From Clostridia bacterium (GTDB taxonomy: Bacteria > Bacillota > Clostridia > Christensenellales > CAG-138), in contig JAFWMS010000021.1 of NCBI GenBank assembly GCA_017545535.1, positions 129,399 through 193,398 on the forward strand: DNA of 64,000 bases. The letters are read 5' to 3'. A program made the position numbers and the translations under genes. Numbering within the stretch: position 1 is the stretch's first letter; each line of letters opens with the position of its first letter. The notes beneath the pieces are model-generated. The model searched no databases. It had not been told where the DNA came from and worked only from the letters and a program-made list of their open reading frames with translations. Below, piece by piece: positions 56,595-64,000 of the stretch.

Positions 56595-57596
56595 ATGAAA
56601 CAAGGAAAAAAGATAATGAGCTTCGTCTGGGCCATCCTTCTGTTCGGTTTCACCGCATACGCCGCCCTGGATACCTTTGTGATCGAACATTCCTATGCAG
56701 CGGTGGAGGAACCAACAGCGGCTCTAATGACTGCCGCCGTCACAGAGGAGCCTGAGGCCACCGCATCGGTCACTCCCACCGCCGTTACCACGGCGGCTGC
56801 CGTCCAGACGTCGACGACCCCCGTCCAGGAGGCCGCCCCTTCTCCAACCGAAACGGTCAATGTGGTTTCCACGGAGAACAGCTATGCCGACGGGAACATC
56901 TCCATCACCATCCAGGAGATCCGAGCCTATGATTCCACAATATACGTGGCGGACGTGGTCCTCTCCTCTCCCGAGTATCTGCAGACCGCCCTCGCAAACA
57001 GCGTCTACGGGCGGAACGTGACCGCCAAGACCAGCAGCATCGCCCAGAATGCCAACGCCATCCTGGCGATCAACGGGGATTACTACGGTGCCCGGGAGTC
57101 CGGATACGTGATCCGAAACGGAGTTCTCTATCGCAGCAAAGCCAATAAGAACGCTGAGGATCTGGTGATTTACCGGGACGGCAGCTTTGAGATTATCCAG
57201 GAATCCGAAATCAGCGCGCAGGAGCTTTTGGACGCCGGTGCCTGGAACGTGCTATCCTTTGGCCCGGCGCTGCTGGTCGATGGAGAAATCGCCGTAGACG
57301 CGAAGGAGGAAGTGGGCCGCGCCATGGCCAGTAATCCTCGGACAGCCATCGGCATCGTGGACCCCCTTCACTATGTATTCGTTGTTTCCGACGGACGAAC
57401 GAAAGCCAGCGAAGGGCTGTCTTTACGGGAACTTGCCCAAATCATGCAGGAGCTGGGCGTGAATACCGCCTACAATCTGGACGGTGGTGGTTCCTCCACC
57501 ATGGTCTTCCAGGGGCGAGTGATCAACAACCCCACCACCAACGGAAAACGCGTATCGGAAAGGAGTGTGAGCGACATTGTTTGCATCGCCTGTTAA
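56595..57596 (+). CDS. phosphodiester glycosidase family protein (DUF2233/NAGPA-like), secreted or anchored
   Basis: ORF 56511..57596, trimmed to the ATG at 56595. N-terminal TM segment, ILAINGDYYG and NLDGGGSSTM motifs. Confidence 0.75.
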   Translation: MKQGKKIMSFVWAILLFGFTAYAALDTFVIEHSYAAVEEPTAALMTAAVTEEPEATASVTPTAVTTAAAVQTSTTPVQEAAPSPTETVNVVSTENSYADGNISITIQEIRAYDSTIYVADVVLSSPEYLQTALANSVYGRNVTAKTSSIAQNANAILAINGDYYGARESGYVIRNGVLYRSKANKNAEDLVIYRDGSFEIIQESEISAQELLDAGAWNVLSFGPALLVDGEIAVDAKEEVGRAMASNPRTAIGIVDPLHYVFVVSDGRTKASEGLSLRELAQIMQELGVNTAYNLDGGGSSTMVFQGRVINNPTTNGKRVSERSVSDIVCIAC

Positions 57597-57999
57597 AGGA
57601 CTCGATCCAAGGGGACTACGGATCGCGTTTGTATATGCATGGATCACCGGCCTGTGCGCCGCCTTCGGCGCCATCTATGAGGCGTTCAGCCATGGGGTCT
57701 ATGCTCTTGGCATGGTATACGCCTTCGCCTTCCCGTTCCTGGGCGGCGTCCTCCCTGCCCTCTTCCTTCTGAAGCGGGGAGTCGGCTTCCCATCGGATAC
57801 CGCGCTGCAGCTATGGCACTTCGGTATCTCCGCGTTGACGGTGGGCAGCCTCTTCTCCGGCGCCTTGGAGATCTACGGCACATACAGCCGGCTGACCGCC
57901 GTATACTGGTTCGCCGGCGGCATATGCCTGTTCCTCTCCCTGCTGACAGCACTGTTTCTTCCGGTCAAGATTGAGGGAAGCCCCGTCGTCAACGGGTGA
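57577..57999 (+). CDS. hypothetical 4-TM membrane protein
   Basis: 140 aa. Only a TTG start is available. Hydrophobic throughout. Start and reality are less certain. Confidence 0.5.
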   Translation: MFASPVKGLDPRGLRIAFVYAWITGLCAAFGAIYEAFSHGVYALGMVYAFAFPFLGGVLPALFLLKRGVGFPSDTALQLWHFGISALTVGSLFSGALEIYGTYSRLTAVYWFAGGICLFLSLLTALFLPVKIEGSPVVNG

Positions 58000-58033
58000 C
58001 GATCCCTATATGATAAACTAAGGAGCTTTATGC

Positions 58034-59107
58034 TCAGTTCTGGACGACAGAGTGCAGCACTGGACTGGTCAAATCAAGAGGCAAGAAAGTATATCCTTTC
58101 TCTAATCCCCATCGGATCACTTCATCCACCGCGCAAATGCTTAGATACGAAATGTCATGCTGCAGCACGATGGCATACTCCTGATGTCGCTGTATACCGC
58201 TCTTTAATCGTCTTTCAATATCTATTGTTGTAAAATCGACTACACTACCGACATCATCTGCACACACGTTCCAGTCAAAATACCGGTAGCCCATGTCCTC
58301 CATGATCTTCGTCAAGCGTGTCATCAGACCTTTATTGATGTAGCTGACCGTGTTGGCGCTTCCGCCAGGAAACCGGAAGATATGAGTATAGCTTCCCGTT
58401 ATCTCCTTAACGATTTCCTGTGCTTTCAAAAAATCTGCAAAGTATGCCTGCTCATTGGCATAAATCTCATTAAACTCATGACGGAAGCAATGTACACCAA
58501 TCGAATGCCCTTCCTGATACGCACGGGCGATCAAATCCTGGTGTCCTTTGCTGCCGACGATGAAAAAGGTCGCTTTGACATCATATTTTTTTAGAATGTC
58601 CAACAATTTTTCCGTATTATTACATGGACCATCGTCAAATGTTAGATACACCGTTTTTTCCGGAGGATCAACAATATCGGGCAATTCAACAGGAACGACG
58701 CACACCGTGCGCACCGCGCGCGCCGTTTGAGATAGATCGTCTGTGACAGTATATGTGAGTTCATATGTGCCAACAAGGTATGGAATGATTTCTCCCTCCT
58801 GAATCACACGATCAGTAATATCATCCCCGAGATAGTCATACGCAACATACCCTGGATCGGTAAAATAAAAATCCGCAGGAATTGTCAGTGTTTCCTCGCC
58901 GTTCAAGACTATCGAAGGGCCTGTGATTGGGGTCTCCTTGGAAGTCGATTCAGGTGTGTCAAACAAAATGCAAATTGCGCCCTGGGTTTGTGTGGAAGAA
59001 GACAGGGATGTCTCTAAATGATCCGTTTCAATCTGCAAGCTCTTTGAAAACGAAAGCGGCAGAAAGAGCGTGAGAAGAAACAGCGAAACAAAAACACTCT
59101 TTTTCAT
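58034..59107 (-). CDS. polysaccharide deacetylase (NodB homology) with N-terminal Ig-like domain, secreted
   Basis: ORF 58034..59167, trimmed to the ATG at 59107. Signal peptide, VYLTFDDGP, HCFRH. The whole gene is visibly AT-rich relative to its flanks. Confidence 0.8.
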   Translation of the reverse strand: MKKSVFVSLFLLTLFLPLSFSKSLQIETDHLETSLSSSTQTQGAICILFDTPESTSKETPITGPSIVLNGEETLTIPADFYFTDPGYVAYDYLGDDITDRVIQEGEIIPYLVGTYELTYTVTDDLSQTARAVRTVCVVPVELPDIVDPPEKTVYLTFDDGPCNNTEKLLDILKKYDVKATFFIVGSKGHQDLIARAYQEGHSIGVHCFRHEFNEIYANEQAYFADFLKAQEIVKEITGSYTHIFRFPGGSANTVSYINKGLMTRLTKIMEDMGYRYFDWNVCADDVGSVVDFTTIDIERRLKSGIQRHQEYAIVLQHDISYLSICAVDEVIRWGLEKGYTFLPLDLTSPVLHSVVQN

Positions 59108-59239
59108 CGTGTTTGACCCTTTCAAACGAATTAAGTATAGTATTACATGTTTGTATTCAAAAATCAAGACCGTCCAATCAGCTGGATTTCCGTGAAAGAC
59201 GGATCGAATTGCTATTTCGAATAGGATTGAATGTCTGAG

Positions 59240-59259
59240 TCCGGTTCAAATCACATCTG
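59240..59259 (+). repeat. degenerate inverted partial copy of the tRNA-Leu(UAA) T-arm/acceptor 3' strand
   Basis: TCCGGTTCAAATCACATCTG matches the tRNA segment ATGGGTTCAAATCCCATCAG at 14 of 20 positions, including the 10-nt core GGTTCAAATC. Confidence 0.45.
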
Positions 59260-59273
59260 AATATATAAAACGT

Positions 59274-59297
59274 GGAGCCCACACATAGGTGAGCTCC
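59274..59297 (-). terminator. rho-independent terminator after tRNA-Leu
   Basis: On the minus strand, GGAGCTCAC / GTGGGCTCC (one G-U pair) followed by ACGTTTTATATATT. Confidence 0.65.
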
Positions 59298-59303
59298 TAT
59301 AAT

Positions 59304-59386
59304 TGGTGCGGCTGATGGGATTTGAACCCATAAGCTTTCGCCGACAGATTTTAAGTCTGTTGTGTATGCCGTTCCACCACAGCCGC
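59304..59386 (-). tRNA. tRNA-Leu (anticodon UAA), CCA encoded
   Basis: Reverse complement GCGGCTGTGGTGGAACGGCATACACAACAGACTTAAAATCTGTCGGCGAAAGCTTATGGGTTCAAATCCCATCAGCCGCACCA. Anticodon arm ACAGA-CTTAAAA-TCTGT. Confidence 0.9.
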
Positions 59387-59429
59387 AACATGAGATATTG
59401 TACAGGCAATGAATCAGATTTGTCAATAA

Positions 59430-60008
59430 TCAAAGTCCTAAAAGGGCGCCGATTAAACCGCCTGCCGCAAGAAACAAAACGGGATGGATCTTTTTCAACT
59501 TCGGCAGCAGCATCAGCGTCACCAGAGCGCCATATAATACAAGGGAAACGATGTCCACATGGAACGGCACAAAGGAAAAGCTGAGGGAAGACCGGATCAC
59601 GGACCAACCGGCCGCCGCCACCAGGCCAGCCGCCGCCGGGCGCAAAGCACCGAAGGCGTCGTTCACCAGCTTGGATCTTCTGTATTTTTCCAGACCCTTT
59701 GCCACAAAGATGATGACGACTATTTGGGGGCTGATGAGGGACAAAGTCGATATGATCCCCCCCAGCACGCCCCACACAGCGCCATAGGGCGATAGGACAC
59801 TGTAGCCAACATATGTGGCAGCGTTCACACCGATAGGCCCTGGCGTTGATTCGGCTACGGCGATAATGTTGGCCAACTCCTCTCCCGTGAGCCAGCCGTA
59901 TTTCGCGATCATGTCCTGCAGGAAGCGGATGCAGGCCATGCCGCCGCCCACCGCCATCAAGCCTGTCTTCATGAATTCAAAGATGAGCAGGAGGATGGTT
60001 TTGATCAT
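59430..60008 (-). CDS. chromate transporter family protein (short-chain CHR, second half)
   Basis: ORF 59430..60065, trimmed to the ATG at 60008 (MIKTILLLIFEFMKTGLMAVGGGMA...). ATGA overlap with the upstream half. Confidence 0.8.
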   Translation of the reverse strand: MIKTILLLIFEFMKTGLMAVGGGMACIRFLQDMIAKYGWLTGEELANIIAVAESTPGPIGVNAATYVGYSVLSPYGAVWGVLGGIISTLSLISPQIVVIIFVAKGLEKYRRSKLVNDAFGALRPAAAGLVAAAGWSVIRSSLSFSFVPFHVDIVSLVLYGALVTLMLLPKLKKIHPVLFLAAGGLIGALLGL

Positions 60009-60532
60009 GCCTTCTTCCACCTCCCGAACAGGATGCCGAACGCTGCGGCCAACAACACCAACCACACGGAATCCAATCCCACCACCGTAAGCAGCAGGAA
60101 GGAGACGATCACTATGGCCCAGCTGACCCAGTCCTTGGCCGCCTTCTTGATGAGGCGAACGATGGTTACCGTCATCAACGCCGCTACAGCCACCCGGACC
60201 CCGGCAAAGATATGCTGGACCAACGGATAGCTCATTAGGTTTTGGAGCACGGCGGCGATGATTGTAATAATGATCAAAGGTACCGTCACCACGCCCAGGG
60301 AAGCCACGATGCCGCCCAGGACCTTGCCCCGCTTATACCCCACGAAGGTGGCGGAGTTGATGGCGATGACGCCGGGCGTACACTGAGCCAGGGAGAAGTA
60401 ATCCAAGACCTCCTCCTCCGTGCACCACTTTTTGTTATCCACCAGCTCCCTCACCAGCAGGGGCAGCATGGAATATCCGCCGCCAAACATGACGGCGCCG
60501 ATCTTCATAAACGTCAAATATAATTCCACCAT
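60005..60532 (-). CDS. chromate transporter family protein (short-chain CHR, first half)
   Basis: ORF 60005..60562, trimmed to the ATG at 60532 (MVELYLTFMKIGAVMFGGGYSMLPLL...). Confidence 0.8.
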   Translation of the reverse strand: MVELYLTFMKIGAVMFGGGYSMLPLLVRELVDNKKWCTEEEVLDYFSLAQCTPGVIAINSATFVGYKRGKVLGGIVASLGVVTVPLIIITIIAAVLQNLMSYPLVQHIFAGVRVAVAALMTVTIVRLIKKAAKDWVSWAIVIVSFLLLTVVGLDSVWLVLLAAAFGILFGRWKKA

Positions 60533-60536
60533 ACCT

Positions 60537-61937
60537 TCACACCACCGGCCAACCGGCCACATACATGCCTAAATACAGGATCGTTCCCAGGATACAGAGA
60601 AGAGAGACCATCAAGCCAATCGTACGTTCCTTTGTTAATTTGACCATGCCCAGGATAACCGGGAAGCAGCAAAAGAGCTGACGGGGCGCGTCGATCACGC
60701 CTGTTTGGCTAAGTATCATCACGTAGGCGGTCAAAAAATACGCCAAAAAGCTCACCCGCATGTCCTTGACCACCAGCAAACACAAGCCCAGGCTCCCAAT
60801 GATGCTGATCAGGCTCGGGATATACAAACCAAACAGCGAAGGAGCAGTATAGGTCCGATACGCGTCGATCAAGCGCTCCGTCATAACGCCTCCAACCCGA
60901 TAGAACAAGGCGAACTCGCTGTTGAACTGCGCCTCCATGTACTCTACATAAGCAAAGAAGCTACCGCTGATCGTTCGATTTATGATGAGATAGATGATGT
61001 ATCCCAAAAGCACCAGGATCAAAGAAGCGCCGGTTAGACCCTTTTTAAGATAGAATCGCCAAGTGACTTCCTTCAGAGACCGATACTCCCTTGTCATGGT
61101 GTTGAAATATTCCAACAGCAGCGGGATGACCAAGGCGATCCCCACCCTGTCCGTCAAGGCGGCCAACCCGCCGATGAAGGCACTGAGGACGAATCGCTTT
61201 CGCCGTGCACAATACACACACAACAGCGTCAGCAGCAAAAACGTGCTGGCCGGAATCGTGCAGGTCAGCAGGCAGCAGGGCGGCAGGATCGAATAGTACC
61301 ACGAGGCGCGGACGGCGGATTTCCTGTCGGATTCGTGGAGCACCAGCAGATACAGCACTACCCCGGCCAGGATCGTATTAAGATTGGATAAGAAGAACGC
61401 TGCTCGGATGCTGCTGATGTAGGCTGGACTGATGAGACGAACGAGGAAAGGATACAGGGGTGGAAAAACAAGGTTCAAATACTTTCCCGGGAATTCCTGC
61501 AGTTCCACGGCATATCCCTTGTTGGCCAAGGAAATGATCCGCTCGGCAAACATGTGATCCGCCCAAATATGCTGGATATCCAGTGCCGTTTCCGTATACC
61601 CGTTCAGATAGAGGCTCCACAAAAACGCTCCCAGCATGATGATGCCTCGACCCAAGGCCAGCATCAGCACCAGGCGAAGGATCTCACGGGTACCGGCGAC
61701 GCTCGTCCGCTGAACGGTGGAAAGCGTCAAATCTCCATCCTCGCCCATCGCATACTCGAAGGCCCGGGGAACGAAGCGAATGACCAGCAGGGAGAACATC
61801 AGCAGCAACAAGCCGCCAACGAGCACGGATTCCATATAAACGGGTGTATCCACCACGAGCCAAAGGCCGTACAGTATACACAATACGGCCAATGGTACAG
61901 CGATGAATACACCCTTTACGACGTCGTTCTGGCGCAT
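60537..61937 (-). CDS. polytopic membrane protein, probable GT-C-fold glycosyl/mannosyltransferase
   Basis: 466 aa with at least 10 TM segments. The layout resembles PMT_2 / GPI-mannosyltransferase-2-like proteins. Function is tentative. Confidence 0.5.
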   Translation of the reverse strand: MRQNDVVKGVFIAVPLAVLCILYGLWLVVDTPVYMESVLVGGLLLLMFSLLVIRFVPRAFEYAMGEDGDLTLSTVQRTSVAGTREILRLVLMLALGRGIIMLGAFLWSLYLNGYTETALDIQHIWADHMFAERIISLANKGYAVELQEFPGKYLNLVFPPLYPFLVRLISPAYISSIRAAFFLSNLNTILAGVVLYLLVLHESDRKSAVRASWYYSILPPCCLLTCTIPASTFLLLTLLCVYCARRKRFVLSAFIGGLAALTDRVGIALVIPLLLEYFNTMTREYRSLKEVTWRFYLKKGLTGASLILVLLGYIIYLIINRTISGSFFAYVEYMEAQFNSEFALFYRVGGVMTERLIDAYRTYTAPSLFGLYIPSLISIIGSLGLCLLVVKDMRVSFLAYFLTAYVMILSQTGVIDAPRQLFCCFPVILGMVKLTKERTIGLMVSLLCILGTILYLGMYVAGWPVV

Positions 61938-62437
61938 TACTCCCTTTGAAGCGCTTTGGGTTTACCCAGTATTTCCGCGTATACCACACCCCGCAGCACG
62001 CTGTTGGCCTGGAAATCCAACAGTTCTCCGGCAGTGGGGACAGCTCTCTCCCCCTTTTCCACAGGCTTTAGAGCAGCAGCCTTTGGCGGCGGGCAATTCT
62101 CCTCCCCCGTTATGCTGGATTCCGTATGGGTATGCCCGCCCTCCAGGGTGCTGGTGACCACGTGGGTATACCGAGGCGTGCCAGCGTAGGAGGCTGCCTT
62201 GGTCTGCTGCCCTTTTCCAGCAGCTGCAGGCCGTTTGCTTAGCTCCACAGGCGGGAACTTGGAGGGGGCCGGAGAGGTCTTCGCGGGGGACGGTCTGTTG
62301 GGAGCCGCGGATCTGGGCGCGGTGAACTCACGCTCCGCTGGAGCGTTTTGCCGCTTCTTGGCCTTCGCCATATTCTTTTTGTTCGCAATGGATACGGCGA
62401 TGCCGATCAATGCGATCAATACCATCAGAACATCCAC
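61937..62437 (-). CDS. hypothetical N-terminally anchored Pro/Ala/Lys-rich protein
   Basis: 166 aa. One N-terminal TM segment, then low-complexity sequence. Lies downstream of floA (the position of Bacillus yqfB). Confidence 0.55.
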   Translation of the reverse strand: MDVLMVLIALIGIAVSIANKKNMAKAKKRQNAPAEREFTAPRSAAPNRPSPAKTSPAPSKFPPVELSKRPAAAGKGQQTKAASYAGTPRYTHVVTSTLEGGHTHTESSITGEENCPPPKAAALKPVEKGERAVPTAGELLDFQANSVLRGVVYAEILGKPKALQRE

Positions 62438-62458
62438 GGTATGCCCTCGCTTTTTCGA

Positions 62459-63433
62459 TTATTTCTTAGCCGTGTTAGGGTCCGCGGCGTGGGAGATAGC
62501 GTTGCGCATCTCCGTGTCGGACATGACGTTCTTCATGTTGTAGTAGTCCATGACGCCAAGCTTACCCTCCTTGAAGGCATGGGCGATGGCGATAGGGATC
62601 TCCGCCTCCGCCTCGATGACCTTGGCCCGCATGCCGGCCACGGCAGCCACGTTCTCCTGCTCCTGGGCCACAGCCATGGCCCGGCGCTCCTCAGCCTTGG
62701 CCTGAGCGATGCGTTTGTCGGCCTCCGCCTGGTCGATCTGGAGCTGGGCGCCTACGTTGCGGCCCACGTCCACGTCCGCGATGTCGATGGACAGGATCTC
62801 AAAAGCGGTTCCGGCGTCGAGGCCCTTGTCAAGGACGGTGCGGGAGATGGAATCGGGGTTCTCCAAAACTTCCTTATGGCTCCGGGAAGAGCCGACGGTA
62901 GTGACGATGCCCTCGCCGACACGTGCAATGATGGTCTCCTCACCGGCGCCGCCCACCAAGCGGTCGATGTTGGCGCGGACTGTGACCTTGGCCTTGGCCT
63001 TCAGCTCGATGCCGTCCATGGCCACAGCGGCGATGACGGGGGTCTCGATGACCCGAGGGTTGACGCTCATCTGCACGGCCTCCAGCACGTTGCGGCCAGC
63101 CAGGTCGATGGCGCAGGCCTGCTCGAAATCCAGGGGGATGCCGGCACGCATGGCGGCGATCAGGGCGTTGACCACCCGATCCACGTTGCCGCCTGCCATA
63201 TAATGGGCTTCCAGCTTGTTGAGGGGGAGCTGGATGCCGGCCTTGGTGGCTTTGATCAAGGGATTGACGATACGGGCCGGGATGACCTTCCTCAGGCGCA
63301 TGCCGACCAGAGTGCTGATGTTCAGCTTGACGCCAGAGGCGCTGGCCGAGATCAGCAGACCGATGGGCACAAAGCTAAAGAGCAGCGAAAGAAAGATGAT
63401 GACGAGTACGACGATGATAATTGCGGGAAGCAT
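62459..63433 (-). CDS. floA: flotillin-like protein FloA (SPFH domain)
   Basis: 324 aa. [18 protein letters not shown]...[30 protein letters not shown]. Confidence 0.9.
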   Translation of the reverse strand: MLPAIIIVVLVIIFLSLLFSFVPIGLLISASASGVKLNISTLVGMRLRKVIPARIVNPLIKATKAGIQLPLNKLEAHYMAGGNVDRVVNALIAAMRAGIPLDFEQACAIDLAGRNVLEAVQMSVNPRVIETPVIAAVAMDGIELKAKAKVTVRANIDRLVGGAGEETIIARVGEGIVTTVGSSRSHKEVLENPDSISRTVLDKGLDAGTAFEILSIDIADVDVGRNVGAQLQIDQAEADKRIAQAKAEERRAMAVAQEQENVAAVAGMRAKVIEAEAEIPIAIAHAFKEGKLGVMDYYNMKNVMSDTEMRNAISHAADPNTAKK

Positions 63434-63469
63434 GTGTAGTATATCCTCCTGTATGTTAATACTTGTTTG

Positions 63470-63673
63470 TTAACCGCGGGAATACAGCATATGGATCACG
63501 ACATAGATGGCCATGATAAACAGCGGTATGCCCACGAGCAATCCGATCCACTGGTGGACCAGGGTCTTTTTATCCGGAGCCTCCGGTTCCGGCTGGTCCT
63601 CCGGTTCCTCTATGCCGCACTTGGGACAAACGTCAGTGACATATAGGCAACCGCACTTCTTACAGTACTTCAT
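63470..63673 (-). CDS. small zinc-ribbon plus single-TM protein (67 aa)
   Basis: MKYCKKCGCLY...CPKCG, then an acidic linker and a TM helix. ATGA overlap with the nfeD stop. Confidence 0.6.
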   Translation of the reverse strand: MKYCKKCGCLYVTDVCPKCGIEEPEDQPEPEAPDKKTLVHQWIGLLVGIPLFIMAIYVVIHMLYSRG

Positions 63674-64000
63674 TTGACGATGACGTTCAAGCCTTCCACC
63701 GCCGCCACAGTGACTTCCTTCCCCGCCTCGATGAAGTTCCCATAGGTGGAAACGTTCATGCGCTCGCCGTCTATCTCGGCGATGCCCGCAGGCCGCAACG
63801 CCGTGACAGTCCTTCCGGTCTTGCCGATCAGGCTCTTGCCCTTCTCCTTGACCACCGGGGAGGAATCCCCTTCCACCGATGTGGCGTTCACGATCTTAGA
63901 GCGAGACAGCGTCCCTTTCTGGAAGGAACGGATGAACAGAACGATGATGACGGCCAGCAGCAGCAACAGCACCGCCGTGACGATCAGCGCCGACGTGATG
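63670..64000 (-). CDS. NfeD-family membrane protein, 3' part only (5' end beyond window)
   Basis: The frame is open to the window end. C-terminal OB-fold-like GKTGRTVTALRPAGIAEIDGERMNVSTYGNFIEAGKEVTV. Precedes floA, as in yqeZ-yqfA. Confidence 0.8.
   Translation of the reverse strand, partial: ITSALIVTAVLLLLLAVIIVLFIRSFQKGTLSRSKIVNATSVEGDSSPVVKEKGKSLIGKTGRTVTALRPAGIAEIDGERMNVSTYGNFIEAGKEVTVAAVEGLNVIVK

Overview
By eye this is a high-GC (~58-60%) Firmicutes/Clostridia-type chromosome segment. It has a spoIIID sporulation regulator, Gram-positive Shine-Dalgarno sites, and many near-consensus TTGACA-17-TATAAT promoters. Coding is dense and overwhelmingly housekeeping. It includes glycolysis genes (pgi, gap, fba), cell-wall genes (SEDS protein, murI), tRNA modification and charging genes (trmK, mnmA, truA, tadA, glyQS, cysS), RNase P RNA, four class II tRNAs, recD2/comFC, nrdD, the ECF transporter module, a BMP-type nucleoside ABC transporter, an ABC-F ATPase, a selenium-utilisation locus (selD, csd-like, LysR, yedE, yedF, DUF3343) and a VTC/DUF4956 module. 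The last genes are a floA/nfeD operon. Seven gene pairs overlap by ATGA, which suggests translational coupling. Many long ORFs in the track are antisense artefacts of high GC and were rejected. I found no CRISPR array, IS element, integrase, prophage or recognisable defence operon, and no convincing new multi-gene system. The best leads are as follows. (1) Inverted partial copies of a tRNA's own 3' end sit just past its terminator at all three operon-terminal class II tRNAs. (2) A strongly signalled 66-aa Cys/Gly/Asn-rich two-repeat peptide gene. (3) An orphan gene whose central part is of foreign, low-GC composition. (4) A low-GC single-gene islet next to tRNA-Leu. (5) An uncharacterised bacterial VTC-DUF4956-phosphodiester glycosidase module. 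(6) Several unexplained leaders (cysS, ABC-F, BMP operon). All functional calls rest on my reading of the translated sequences and remembered family signatures. No searches were run.
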